Positions 8,019-16,002 of a stretch of DNA of 64,000 bases are shown here, in pieces. Source of the stretch: Acidobacteriota bacterium (lineage in GTDB: Bacteria; Acidobacteriota; CAIWXX01); contig JBFMAF010000032.1 in the NCBI GenBank assembly GCA_040755995.1, positions 193,306 to 257,305 on the forward strand, in the 5' to 3' direction. The stretch's first letter is position 1. Each line of letters opens with the position of its first letter. The position numbers and the translations under genes were made by a program. The notes beneath the pieces were generated by a model. That model worked only from the letters and a program-made list of their open reading frames with translations. It did no database searches and was not told the DNA's origin.

Positions 8019-9191
8019 TTACCAGAAACGGAACGTGTGGAGGTGTCGATCGGGGAGGTCTAGCTGTGCCAACGTCGAAGCGGCCCACGCGGAGGTCCGT
8101 TCGACCTCGCGGATGACCTGCTCCGGGCGTATGTTCACAGACGCGCAGCCCGGGCAGACTCCCGATTCCCGCAGAGCAGCGAGCCTGCGCATGGGCGCCC
8201 AGGTGTGGCCGCAGGCGGCGCACCGTGCGCGCGTGCAGATGGGCCAGTCGAGCACGAGCGCGGCGCGCCTGGCGGACGTCGCTTCAGCGGACTGTATGAG
8301 ATCCACCACGGTTACCCGATCGGAGGGACCCGGAGATGGTAGCATGGTGTCGGCGGCGTCATGAAACGGGCAGAAGGAGCTGAGCGCCAGACCGATCGTC
8401 TCCATCTTCGGCTGCGCCTGACTCAGGTCCACTTCCGCGCTCCACGCGACACTCGGCGGGTCTCGGCGTCCCTCGTAGAGCCACCGAAGACCGATCTCGA
8501 CTTGCATGGCGCCGACGATGGCGGACATTGTGGGGGTGCTGGGATAGGCCGGTGCATGCGGGCCGGCAGGCTCGATCCAGCACGGGTGCGATTCCGATTC
8601 CCACCGAGTCAGCAATTCCCGCCGGCGCCCTTCGGTCAGAAGACAGCAGAAGCAGGCCGCGTCCCTGCCCGGGAATACCGTCACGCGGCCGCGCGAGTAG
8701 CTGCTGCCGCCGAGTCCGCCGTCTACCTGCGGCACGTTCAGCTTGGTGACGATGTAGGCTATCTCGAGGCGCGCGAGATCGCTGTCGACGCAGCCGAACA
8801 AGAGATGCGCCTCGGCGATGTCCTGAAAGCCCACGCCGGCAACCTCGCGCGGAATCGCCGTCCATCGAGTATCCGGGAAGAGCCGCTCAGCGGACTCAAC
8901 GATGGCCAGCGCCTTGTTGCGGCCGATCGCATCTTGCGCACGGAAAAACAGCGAGCGCGTAAGGTTGCTCGGCTCGACGGCGTCGTGATCGATGACGAGC
9001 ACTCGCGCCGCACCCAGCAGCCCCAGCGCTCTCACCACTTCGTTGCCGAGCGCCCCGGCGCCGACGACGACGGCGTTCAGCTGCGAGACACGCTGAGGAG
9101 CGAAGATGGTGCCGTCGAGACGCGAGTAGTCGACCGCGGGAGCTTGAATCGATTCACCAGGGGACTCTGGCTGCATTTGGGCCGGCGACAC
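8019..9191 (-). CDS. ThiF/MoeB-family E1 ubiquitin-like activating enzyme with C-terminal extension
   Basis: VVVGAGALG, DHDAVEPSNLTR, CVDSDLAR, Zn ligands CFCC/CPFH, candidate catalytic Cys in ESHPC, extra CAAC/CPGC ribbon; start GTG 9191 or ATG 9176. Confidence 0.9.
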   Translation of the reverse strand: MSPAQMQPESPGESIQAPAVDYSRLDGTIFAPQRVSQLNAVVVGAGALGNEVVRALGLLGAARVLVIDHDAVEPSNLTRSLFFRAQDAIGRNKALAIVESAERLFPDTRWTAIPREVAGVGFQDIAEAHLLFGCVDSDLARLEIAYIVTKLNVPQVDGGLGGSSYSRGRVTVFPGRDAACFCCLLTEGRRRELLTRWESESHPCWIEPAGPHAPAYPSTPTMSAIVGAMQVEIGLRWLYEGRRDPPSVAWSAEVDLSQAQPKMETIGLALSSFCPFHDAADTMLPSPGPSDRVTVVDLIQSAEATSARRAALVLDWPICTRARCAACGHTWAPMRRLAALRESGVCPGCASVNIRPEQVIREVERTSAWAASTLAQLDLPDRHLHTFRFW

Positions 9192-9302
9192 CTCGAGACG
9201 AGTCTATCACACGACGCGTCACGTGAAGGGAATCCGTGATCCGGCGGCCCGAAAGGTGAATGGAGTTTCACTTTCATCGTAGTTGTCAGTTGTCAGAGAG
9301 AG

Positions 9303-9902
9303 TTATGCACATCCGATCACCATCACTGATACGCGTCGCTCTTTCGGCCGGTCCAGCTCCAGCAGGAATATCCGCTGCCATCGCCCGAGGTTCATTCTGC
9401 CCTGGACGATGTTGATCACCTCGGAGGTGCGCAGGAGCGATGCCTTGCAGTGCGCGTGACCGTTCGGGCGCTCGTCCGGGGTCATGTTGACAGTGCGGAT
9501 GTCGAATCGGTCGTGACGATAGCCCCGCCGGCGAGGGGCGAACACCTCCAGCGCCCAGCCGATGTCCTCGAAGAGCAACGGCTCGGCCTCGTTCACGAGC
9601 ACCGCTGCGGTCGTGTGCATGCTCTGAACGTTCGCCATCCCGCTTCTGACTCCGGATGCAGACACGATCGCACGTACCTCGTCCGTGATGTCGACAAACT
9701 CGTGACACCGGCTTGTCTCCACACGAATGGTGTCGTGCAGGCTTCTGAATTCGGCCCGCGCCAGCCGGCGCGCACGACTCCGGCCTCTTGGGATGCCGCG
9801 AGGCGGAATGAGAGGAAAAGGCGCGACGGGCGGCGCGATCACGGGCCCGGTCGAGGTCGGATCCCTGCGCGCCCATGTTGTCTGCGCGTTCACTTCTGAC
9901 AT
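9303..9902 (-). CDS. yjbQ: YjbQ/UPF0047 family protein
   Basis: HTTAAVLVNE, NGHAHCKASL and LGRWQRIFLLELD motifs; GGAGG Shine-Dalgarno before ATG 9902. Confidence 0.88.
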   Translation of the reverse strand: MSEVNAQTTWARRDPTSTGPVIAPPVAPFPLIPPRGIPRGRSRARRLARAEFRSLHDTIRVETSRCHEFVDITDEVRAIVSASGVRSGMANVQSMHTTAAVLVNEAEPLLFEDIGWALEVFAPRRRGYRHDRFDIRTVNMTPDERPNGHAHCKASLLRTSEVINIVQGRMNLGRWQRIFLLELDRPKERRVSVMVIGCA

Positions 9903-9961
9903 ACTCTGACCTCCATTTGCATGCCATGCGTCATTTCGGAGAAGGACAGGTCCAATTACGA

Positions 9962-9984
9962 CAAGTACTTTGTGACACAAAGTA
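9962..9984. promoter_or_regulatory. Palindromic operator, copy 1
   Basis: Perfect 9-bp inverted repeat TACTTTGTG-A-CACAAAGTA upstream of yjbQ. Confidence 0.75.
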
Positions 9985-10010
9985 TACCCGCAAGAAAATA
10001 GAGGGCATTC

Positions 10011-10385
10011 TCACCGCCTGCGGATTGCACGAATGACGGCTTCCATGTGATCGAGGTAGCGTTCCAGTGCCTGCCGGCCAGCGGCAGTCAGGCGAAAGGT
10101 GGTCTGCGGGTAGCGTCCCGCGAATGCCTTGTTGCATAGGATGTAGCCGGCCTCCTCGAGCTTACGCGCGTGGATGCTGAGGTTGCCGTCGCTTGTCTGC
10201 AGCAGCCGCTTGAGATCGGGGAAGGTCATCGAGTCTGTAGCTGCCAGCGCGCTCACGATGGTCAGCCGCACGCGTTCGTGGATGAGCGGGTCGAGAGCGG
10301 CTGGCCGTCCGTTCGATGGCTCCCTGCGAAGACCGCGCAGCGCGGCTGGCCTTCTTTCGATCATGCGCGCTCCAGCTCTAGCCAC
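10011..10385 (-). CDS. Winged-helix (MarR-like/HTH_34) transcriptional regulator
   Basis: LDPLIHERVRLTI...TSDGNLSIHARKLEEAGY...FRLTAAG; start GTG 10385 (or ATG 10364). Confidence 0.88.
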   Translation of the reverse strand: MARAGARMIERRPAALRGLRREPSNGRPAALDPLIHERVRLTIVSALAATDSMTFPDLKRLLQTSDGNLSIHARKLEEAGYILCNKAFAGRYPQTTFRLTAAGRQALERYLDHMEAVIRAIRRR

Positions 10386-10992
10386 CGTGCCTCCGCGCAA
10401 TGAGCAGTCCGAATATGATGTGCAGGCCGCCGAAGCCGGCCGCCATGAAGTAGTCTCCCCAGGCCGGCGGAGCAAGCAGAAAGAGGGCGCCCAGAATCAT
10501 GAAGCAGACGCCCATCAACGGAAGCGTCTTCACCGAATAAGCGCCGCCGGTAATGACACCGGCTCCGTATAGCAGAAGCCAGCCGGCCGGAAGTACGCCG
10601 ACCGAGCCGTCCCTGTAGACTGGAACCGTCAGGAGTGCCCCGGCGACCAGCGGTGGAGCCAGGCTCAGCACGAACTTGCGCCCGGGCGCCGACACAAGGA
10701 GATGCAGGGATGATCGAGACTTCCACAGAATCGATCCCACGCCGATCGCCATTGCGAGCACGGCCTCGCCGATCCAGACCGCCATCCACTCGTGCGGTGC
10801 CGTCCGTGTCCACGCAATGAAGGATGCCACGATTGCCGTAAGGCCGACCAGAGCGATCCCGCGCCCGGAGACCGCGGTGAATGACGACGCCCGTTCCATC
10901 GTATCGCGGATGAACCGCAGGTTCTCGGCCGCGTGAGCATGCAACGACTGCGGCTCCTCGCGCGGCTGCCGGATCGGGTGCACCGTACCCAT
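10378..10992 (-). CDS. Integral membrane protein coupled to the regulator
   Basis: About 6 transmembrane helices; AENLRFIRDTMERA N-terminus; overlaps the regulator start. Confidence 0.8.
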   Translation of the reverse strand: MGTVHPIRQPREEPQSLHAHAAENLRFIRDTMERASSFTAVSGRGIALVGLTAIVASFIAWTRTAPHEWMAVWIGEAVLAMAIGVGSILWKSRSSLHLLVSAPGRKFVLSLAPPLVAGALLTVPVYRDGSVGVLPAGWLLLYGAGVITGGAYSVKTLPLMGVCFMILGALFLLAPPAWGDYFMAAGFGGLHIIFGLLIARRHGG

Positions 10993-10998
10993 GCGTAC

Positions 10999-11047
10999 AA
11001 TATAGAGCACGACTTCATTTCTGTCAAGTACTTTGTGATACAAAGCA
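10999..11047 (-). promoter_or_regulatory. Sigma70 promoter (TTGACA-17-TATATT) with operator copy 2
   Basis: -35 at 11027-11022 and -10 at 11004-10999; CAAGTACTTTGTGATACAAAGCA (11025-11047) is 21/23 identical to copy 1. Confidence 0.8.
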
Positions 11048-11272
11048 TGGCTGCCCCTCAGCCGGTCTCAGTGGTCTGTCCCGGCCTTCTCGCCCGCCTG
11101 CTGCGCCTCCACCGGCCCCTCCACCTCCATCATGCTGGCCTCGGCGCCATCCTTTGCGTGGTAGCAGACCATCGAGCGCTCCAGAGCCTCCCGATCGCAT
11201 CACTCCGCCGTCGCGGAATCCCAGGTTAGGCAGGCGAGCGGCGAGGCGAGTGGGCGCGCGGGCGCAGAGACC

Positions 11273-11320
11273 TTGACCCGTGCATGGGACCTTGGTAAGG
11301 TATGTATAATATAAAAGGAG
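11273..11320 (+). promoter_or_regulatory. Putative promoter and RBS of the HEPN-like pair
   Basis: TTGACC(11273)-17-TAAGGT(11296); TATAAT also at 11305; AAGGAG at 11315. Confidence 0.5.
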
Positions 11321-11325
11321 TGACG

Positions 11326-11679
11326 TTGCCTAAGGGGAATGCGGCTTTGCTCACGAGAGGCGTGAGAGATGTAGCCATCCTATTGGCCAGGATGCACGTC
11401 CAATCTGCACCGGAGATCACCGAGATATATCTGTTTCCGTCCGGGCCGGCAAGAGAAGAAATCCGTCTGATAGAGATAGATCCCACTACTACACCCAGCG
11501 AAGGGATAACTCCTTACTACTTCAAACCTGACTTGGCCAATGGAATTCCGTACGTCTCTGCGATCGCCCTGATCCGTCCCGAGGAAAGAAAGCGCTTGCC
11601 ACTGCCCCGCGACTGGGGAAGTTGGCAGGACGCCGAGAAGATCTGGCCCACTCGATCTCCAAGAAAGCACGGCGACTGA
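11326..11679 (+). CDS. Hypothetical protein, upstream partner of the HEPN-like gene
   Basis: TTG start 5 nt after AAGGAG; EIYLFP...EIRLIE pattern; visibly more AT-rich than the flanks. Confidence 0.65.
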   Translation: MPKGNAALLTRGVRDVAILLARMHVQSAPEITEIYLFPSGPAREEIRLIEIDPTTTPSEGITPYYFKPDLANGIPYVSAIALIRPEERKRLPLPRDWGSWQDAEKIWPTRSPRKHGD

Positions 11680-12169
11680 CTGGCGGAGTGCATACGCCAA
11701 GCAGGCCCAGTCTGATTTCGGCATGCTGAAACGGCTTCTTGATGATTACCCGGTCCGCTCGAAGCAATGCGATATTCTCCACTACGTTCAGACGGTGACG
11801 GAGAAGATCTCCAAGGCTCTCACCACGCCCCCGGGTTCGCCAGACCCGCCCCAGATGGTGCACAGGGCATTTCTTGATTTCATTCGGCGGGCTAGAACGA
11901 ACATGCAACTCCAGAGGGTTTGTGGATTTGGCGGGCATCGACAGTATGGCCAGTACCTGCAGTCCCTCGATGCCATTGCCCGCGAGATCGAGGACTTGAT
12001 GCCAATCAAGGATCGCTATCATGCAAACCCGGAATACCCGTGGGAAATCAAGGCAAGTCACAGGGTGATTGCGCCCTCCGAGCACTACTTCGGTGATCTC
12101 TGGAATCCAGCATCGCCGAAAATGAGGAAGCTCCGGACGTTCATTGAGAGCTGTATCGATATCCTCTGA
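11669..12169 (+). CDS. HEPN-like domain protein (homology extends back to an ACG codon)
   Basis: WRSAYAKQAQSD...LHYVQTVTEKISKAL...H...NPEYPW follows the HEPN pattern (A..D / Q..EK..KA / H / (R)YP); first in-frame ATG is at 11723. Confidence 0.6.
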   Translation, partial: TATDWRSAYAKQAQSDFGMLKRLLDDYPVRSKQCDILHYVQTVTEKISKALTTPPGSPDPPQMVHRAFLDFIRRARTNMQLQRVCGFGGHRQYGQYLQSLDAIAREIEDLMPIKDRYHANPEYPWEIKASHRVIAPSEHYFGDLWNPASPKMRKLRTFIESCIDIL

Positions 12170-12343
12170 CTTAGTCCGCTACGCCGAATGTCCGCGGGGG
12201 CGTCTCCGCCGGATTCCGGTGTTCTGGTGAGCATCTACGATTCACACAGGTCAGACGCCTGCCCCGCTCACCACTTGACCGTGCCATAGCGCCCCTATGC
12301 CAGTGGCGGTGAGGCACGCACGGATCAGCAGCAAGGAGGCCGA

Positions 12344-13030
12344 ATGCACAAGATCAAGGCGAAGGGATATGCAATCGAACGGTGGTCAGACGCTGAGAGG
12401 CGACTCCTCTGGTCGCTCCGTTCGCCGGTCGAAGTGCAGGCTTTCCTCGACGACATTCCATACAGCACGGACTCGAGATATCGGTGCCCGAGGAGTGTCG
12501 TTCAGGATCGCGTGGCGCACTGCTTTGACGGAGCCGTGTTCGCCGCGGCGGCGCTCAGCACGACCGGTCACAGGCCACTGCTCATGGATCTATTCGCTGT
12601 GCGCGACGACGATCACGTCGTGGCGCTCTTCCGAAAAAACGGGCACTGGGGGGCCGTCGCAAAGTCGAACTGCAGTGGCTTGCGATTCCGCGAGCCGATC
12701 TTTCGGAGCCTGCGCGAGCTTGCGCTGTCGTACTTCGAGTTCTACTTCAACCTGGATTCCGAGAAGACGCTCAGGTCATACTCTGTGCCCGTCGACCTGC
12801 GATCGCTCGACTCGGAGCACTGGATTTCTCGCGATGAGACGATGAAGCTCATCGCCGAGCGTCTGAACGCGGCCCGCCACTGGCCTCTCCTCACGCGCTC
12901 GATGGCCCGCGCGCTCAGCATCACTGATCCGCGCACCTACGCCGCCGGATTCTACGGCGCAGACGAAAGAGGGCTCTACAAGCCCGAGCCGACGAGTAGG
13001 CTCCGCGGCGGGGCAGCGGGAGTACCGTAG
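12344..13030 (+). CDS. Transglutaminase/papain-like hypothetical protein
   Basis: AHCFDGAVFAAAAL (Cys at a helix start) and DDDHVVALF (His on a strand); AAGGAGG Shine-Dalgarno. Confidence 0.65.
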   Translation: MHKIKAKGYAIERWSDAERRLLWSLRSPVEVQAFLDDIPYSTDSRYRCPRSVVQDRVAHCFDGAVFAAAALSTTGHRPLLMDLFAVRDDDHVVALFRKNGHWGAVAKSNCSGLRFREPIFRSLRELALSYFEFYFNLDSEKTLRSYSVPVDLRSLDSEHWISRDETMKLIAERLNAARHWPLLTRSMARALSITDPRTYAAGFYGADERGLYKPEPTSRLRGGAAGVP

Positions 13031-13213
13031 TTTCTACCCTCCGGCTTCTGGACTCGGAACCGAAAACATCATATACTCGCCGCGTTGGAGGAGGAGCGCT
13101 CATTCGGAAGAGTGCATTCATACAGATCGGCCCCGATCGGCTGAGTTCGACACTGTCTATACCATTCCTCCAGAACCCAGTCCGGCCGCATCGCCGGAGC
13201 ATGAAAGGGCGTC

Positions 13214-15991
13214 ATGCAGAAGCTGTTGGTGTGTCTTCTCTACGCATTCATCCTGTTGCCATGTTGCTCGCCCGCTATTGCCACGGAGGTCAGCGCGAAT
13301 GACAGGGTCGCTGGCGCCCTGAGCGCACTCTGCGCTCCTTCGGATCCACCTCCGGACGAGTCGCTCTACCACCGGCATCTAGCGGGGATGACCGCGGATG
13401 ATGTCCCGGCGCTGGTCTCGGCTCTGGCCGATTCGGAGCCTTGCCGGCGCGTCTATGCCGCCGCTCTCCTGTGGCGGCTGGATCGATCGCGTGCGCCCGA
13501 TCTGATTCCCGTGCTCACGGACGGAATCACGCAGCCGGACGAGCGGCTCCGCCTGCGCTCGCTGCGTACGATCGCGGAGATCGGTCCGGCCGCCTCCTCG
13601 CTGGAGGCATCGGTCCGCGAGGTGGCCGAGAAAGACCCGAGCGGGGCGGTCAGGGATGCAGCCGCCAACGCCCTGGCGAACATCAGCAAGAGCAAAGAAG
13701 CCGCCAAGAAGGACAAGCTGTTCCTCATGGGTATCGGGATGGTCCGCCTCAACTGGACCAACGTGAAGGGCGACGAGATCCGCTTCCGCTACAGCGACCT
13801 CGGGCTTCCGGCCGAGTTCTCGACGCGCGAGCGCGCATCTTTCTTGCTGGACGGTACCTTCGGGCAGGGGAAGTACAACCTGGACGGGCATCTGGACTAT
13901 GATCCCGAGAACCGCATCACCGAGCCGCCGCTGGACTTCTTGATCACCGCCGGCAACGAGGAAACGTACGCATCGGTGGGCGACTTCCGGACGGGCGTTT
14001 TTCTCAACTCGATCTTCTCGCAGTACTACCACCCGTTCCGCGGCGGAGTCGTCGGCAAGAGGTGGGAGACGTTCGGGGCTGAGGTTGTCGCGGGGATGGC
14101 GCGCGGCGAATCCGGGATAGACGAGTTCCCGGCCGATAGCGGGGCCGGGCCGTACTACATCAAGGACTCGCCGATTCTGCGCGGCAGCGAGGTAGTGTTC
14201 CTCATCACGAAGAGCGCGATCGACCCGTCGGTCGAGCTGAAGCGCACGCAGCTTACGCGAGGCGCCGACTACTTCCTCGACTACGACCGCGGAGCGATCC
14301 TGTTCAGCTACCCGCTCCTCCCGACCGACGACCTGGGGAACCCGAACTACATCTTCATCACGTACCAGTTCGAATCGCTCTCGGGACGGTTCACGCGGGA
14401 CCTGCTTGGGTTCAGGGCGTTCGTCACGCCTGTGAAGCCTCTGACCGCCACGCTGGCCTACATCGCCGATGCCGATAGTTCCCTCGACTTCGGCGAGGCC
14501 TTTGACCAGCGACGGGGCATCACGACTCTCGGGCTGACGCTCGACACCGACCGCGTATTCCTCCGCGGCGAGTTCTCCACCAGCGACGGCCCGGCCGTAA
14601 GCCGCAGCAAGGGGCTCTTCGGCGGCGGGCGGATCAACATCAAGGATTCTCTTCGACTCTATGTCAACTCCTGGAACGTCGACACGGAGTTCTCTACGTT
14701 TGCCAACACGCAGCTCCAGTACGGCTGCAGCCTGCAGCAGGTCTTCCCAGCCTATGCCGACAGAAACATCTTTCTGTCGCCGTTCCAGTTCAGTCGAAAC
14801 CTCGGGACCGAGCTCTACCCGTTCTCGCTCTCCCAGGTCTCGGTCGACGAGAAGGAGGCCAACGGATTCGTCGAATGGGAGCACGGGGTGACGAGGGTGA
14901 GCGGCGGCTACGGTGTCGACGATCGGACATCTTCCGATCTCCGCGATTCCATCTCTTATGCATCTGTCTTCCACGACGGGGATCGGACGAAATACTGGGG
15001 ACTGCTCGATGTGCACGACGCCACCGGCACGGGCACCGTCGATCGCGACTCGCGCGATATCGAGATGCTGCTCGGCGCGCGCCGCAGGCTCTGGACGGGT
15101 TCCTCAGGCGATCTGTGGGTCCAGGGGGACTACGACACTCAGTCATTCGACGATTTCCTGGATCTTACGTCAGACACGCGTTCGCACTCGTTCTCGCTCG
15201 CCGCCGAGTATCTGACCGGCCAGGAGGGCTACTTCGCGGGGTACCGCGGTGAACGCCTGATCGACCGCGACAGCGACGAGACGATCCGCAACATCGACAT
15301 ATTCGAGGCGGGCATCCGGAAGCACTTCCGCACGATCTTCTTCGTCGACTCGAGGATACGCGAGGAGCGGGGGAGAAGCGGCGAGCTCAGGAGCGACAAT
15401 CAGCTCATCTCGATCGGCGGCGGCATCGAGCGCAAGGACTTCCGCGCGCAGGCCCGCTACGAGATCCAGCTCAACGACTCGGGCGCCGACGAGGGCCGCC
15501 GGCAGCTATGGTCGATTTTCGTTTTCGGCGCGCCGATCCAGGCGATGAACTTGAGCCTCCGGTACTATCAGCAGAAGGGGAGGAACGAATCGGATTTTCT
15601 GGTGACGGAGTCGGGAGAGGAGGAGCTGAATTTCCGGCTGCTCTGGAAGTTGACCCGCCGCTCGTCGGTTTACTCGCAATGGCGCTACGACACGAATATC
15701 GAGATCTACCCGCCGCTCGACCGCACTAAGAGCAACACGCTTGCGTCGGTCCAGGGCCTGGACCTGAAGCTCACCCAGAAGCTGGATTTCTTGGCCAACT
15801 ACAAGCTGCTCAAGGTCTACGGACCGATTGACAACAGGAAGGAGTCGGCCACCGGGGAGTTCGGCTACCTCGTGTTCCGGCATTTCCGATTCGCGGTCGG
15901 GGGCGAGTACATCGACTTCCGCGACCCGCAGAACCCATCCGAGAACTACACATCGCGGGTGGGGTACTTCAAGCTCGTGGCTCTCTTCTGA
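13214..15991 (+). CDS. Secreted protein: N-terminal HEAT repeats + predicted outer-membrane beta-barrel
   Basis: Signal peptide, HEAT-like helices (aa ~55-160), alternating amphipathic strands, C-terminal GYFKLVALF (Bam-type Phe). Confidence 0.7.
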   Translation: MQKLLVCLLYAFILLPCCSPAIATEVSANDRVAGALSALCAPSDPPPDESLYHRHLAGMTADDVPALVSALADSEPCRRVYAAALLWRLDRSRAPDLIPVLTDGITQPDERLRLRSLRTIAEIGPAASSLEASVREVAEKDPSGAVRDAAANALANISKSKEAAKKDKLFLMGIGMVRLNWTNVKGDEIRFRYSDLGLPAEFSTRERASFLLDGTFGQGKYNLDGHLDYDPENRITEPPLDFLITAGNEETYASVGDFRTGVFLNSIFSQYYHPFRGGVVGKRWETFGAEVVAGMARGESGIDEFPADSGAGPYYIKDSPILRGSEVVFLITKSAIDPSVELKRTQLTRGADYFLDYDRGAILFSYPLLPTDDLGNPNYIFITYQFESLSGRFTRDLLGFRAFVTPVKPLTATLAYIADADSSLDFGEAFDQRRGITTLGLTLDTDRVFLRGEFSTSDGPAVSRSKGLFGGGRINIKDSLRLYVNSWNVDTEFSTFANTQLQYGCSLQQVFPAYADRNIFLSPFQFSRNLGTELYPFSLSQVSVDEKEANGFVEWEHGVTRVSGGYGVDDRTSSDLRDSISYASVFHDGDRTKYWGLLDVHDATGTGTVDRDSRDIEMLLGARRRLWTGSSGDLWVQGDYDTQSFDDFLDLTSDTRSHSFSLAAEYLTGQEGYFAGYRGERLIDRDSDETIRNIDIFEAGIRKHFRTIFFVDSRIREERGRSGELRSDNQLISIGGGIERKDFRAQARYEIQLNDSGADEGRRQLWSIFVFGAPIQAMNLSLRYYQQKGRNESDFLVTESGEEELNFRLLWKLTRRSSVYSQWRYDTNIEIYPPLDRTKSNTLASVQGLDLKLTQKLDFLANYKLLKVYGPIDNRKESATGEFGYLVFRHFRFAVGGEYIDFRDPQNPSENYTSRVGYFKLVALF

Positions 15992-16002
15992 AGGAGGAAG
16001 AG

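Noticed and set aside
6992..9191. ThiS/ThiF or MoaD/MoeB sulfur-relay interpretation
   Set aside because: A UBC-type E2 with a catalytic Cys is in the operon, and no thiG, moaE, cysteine synthase or rhodanese genes are present. The neighbouring yjbQ is not evidence of thiazole synthesis.
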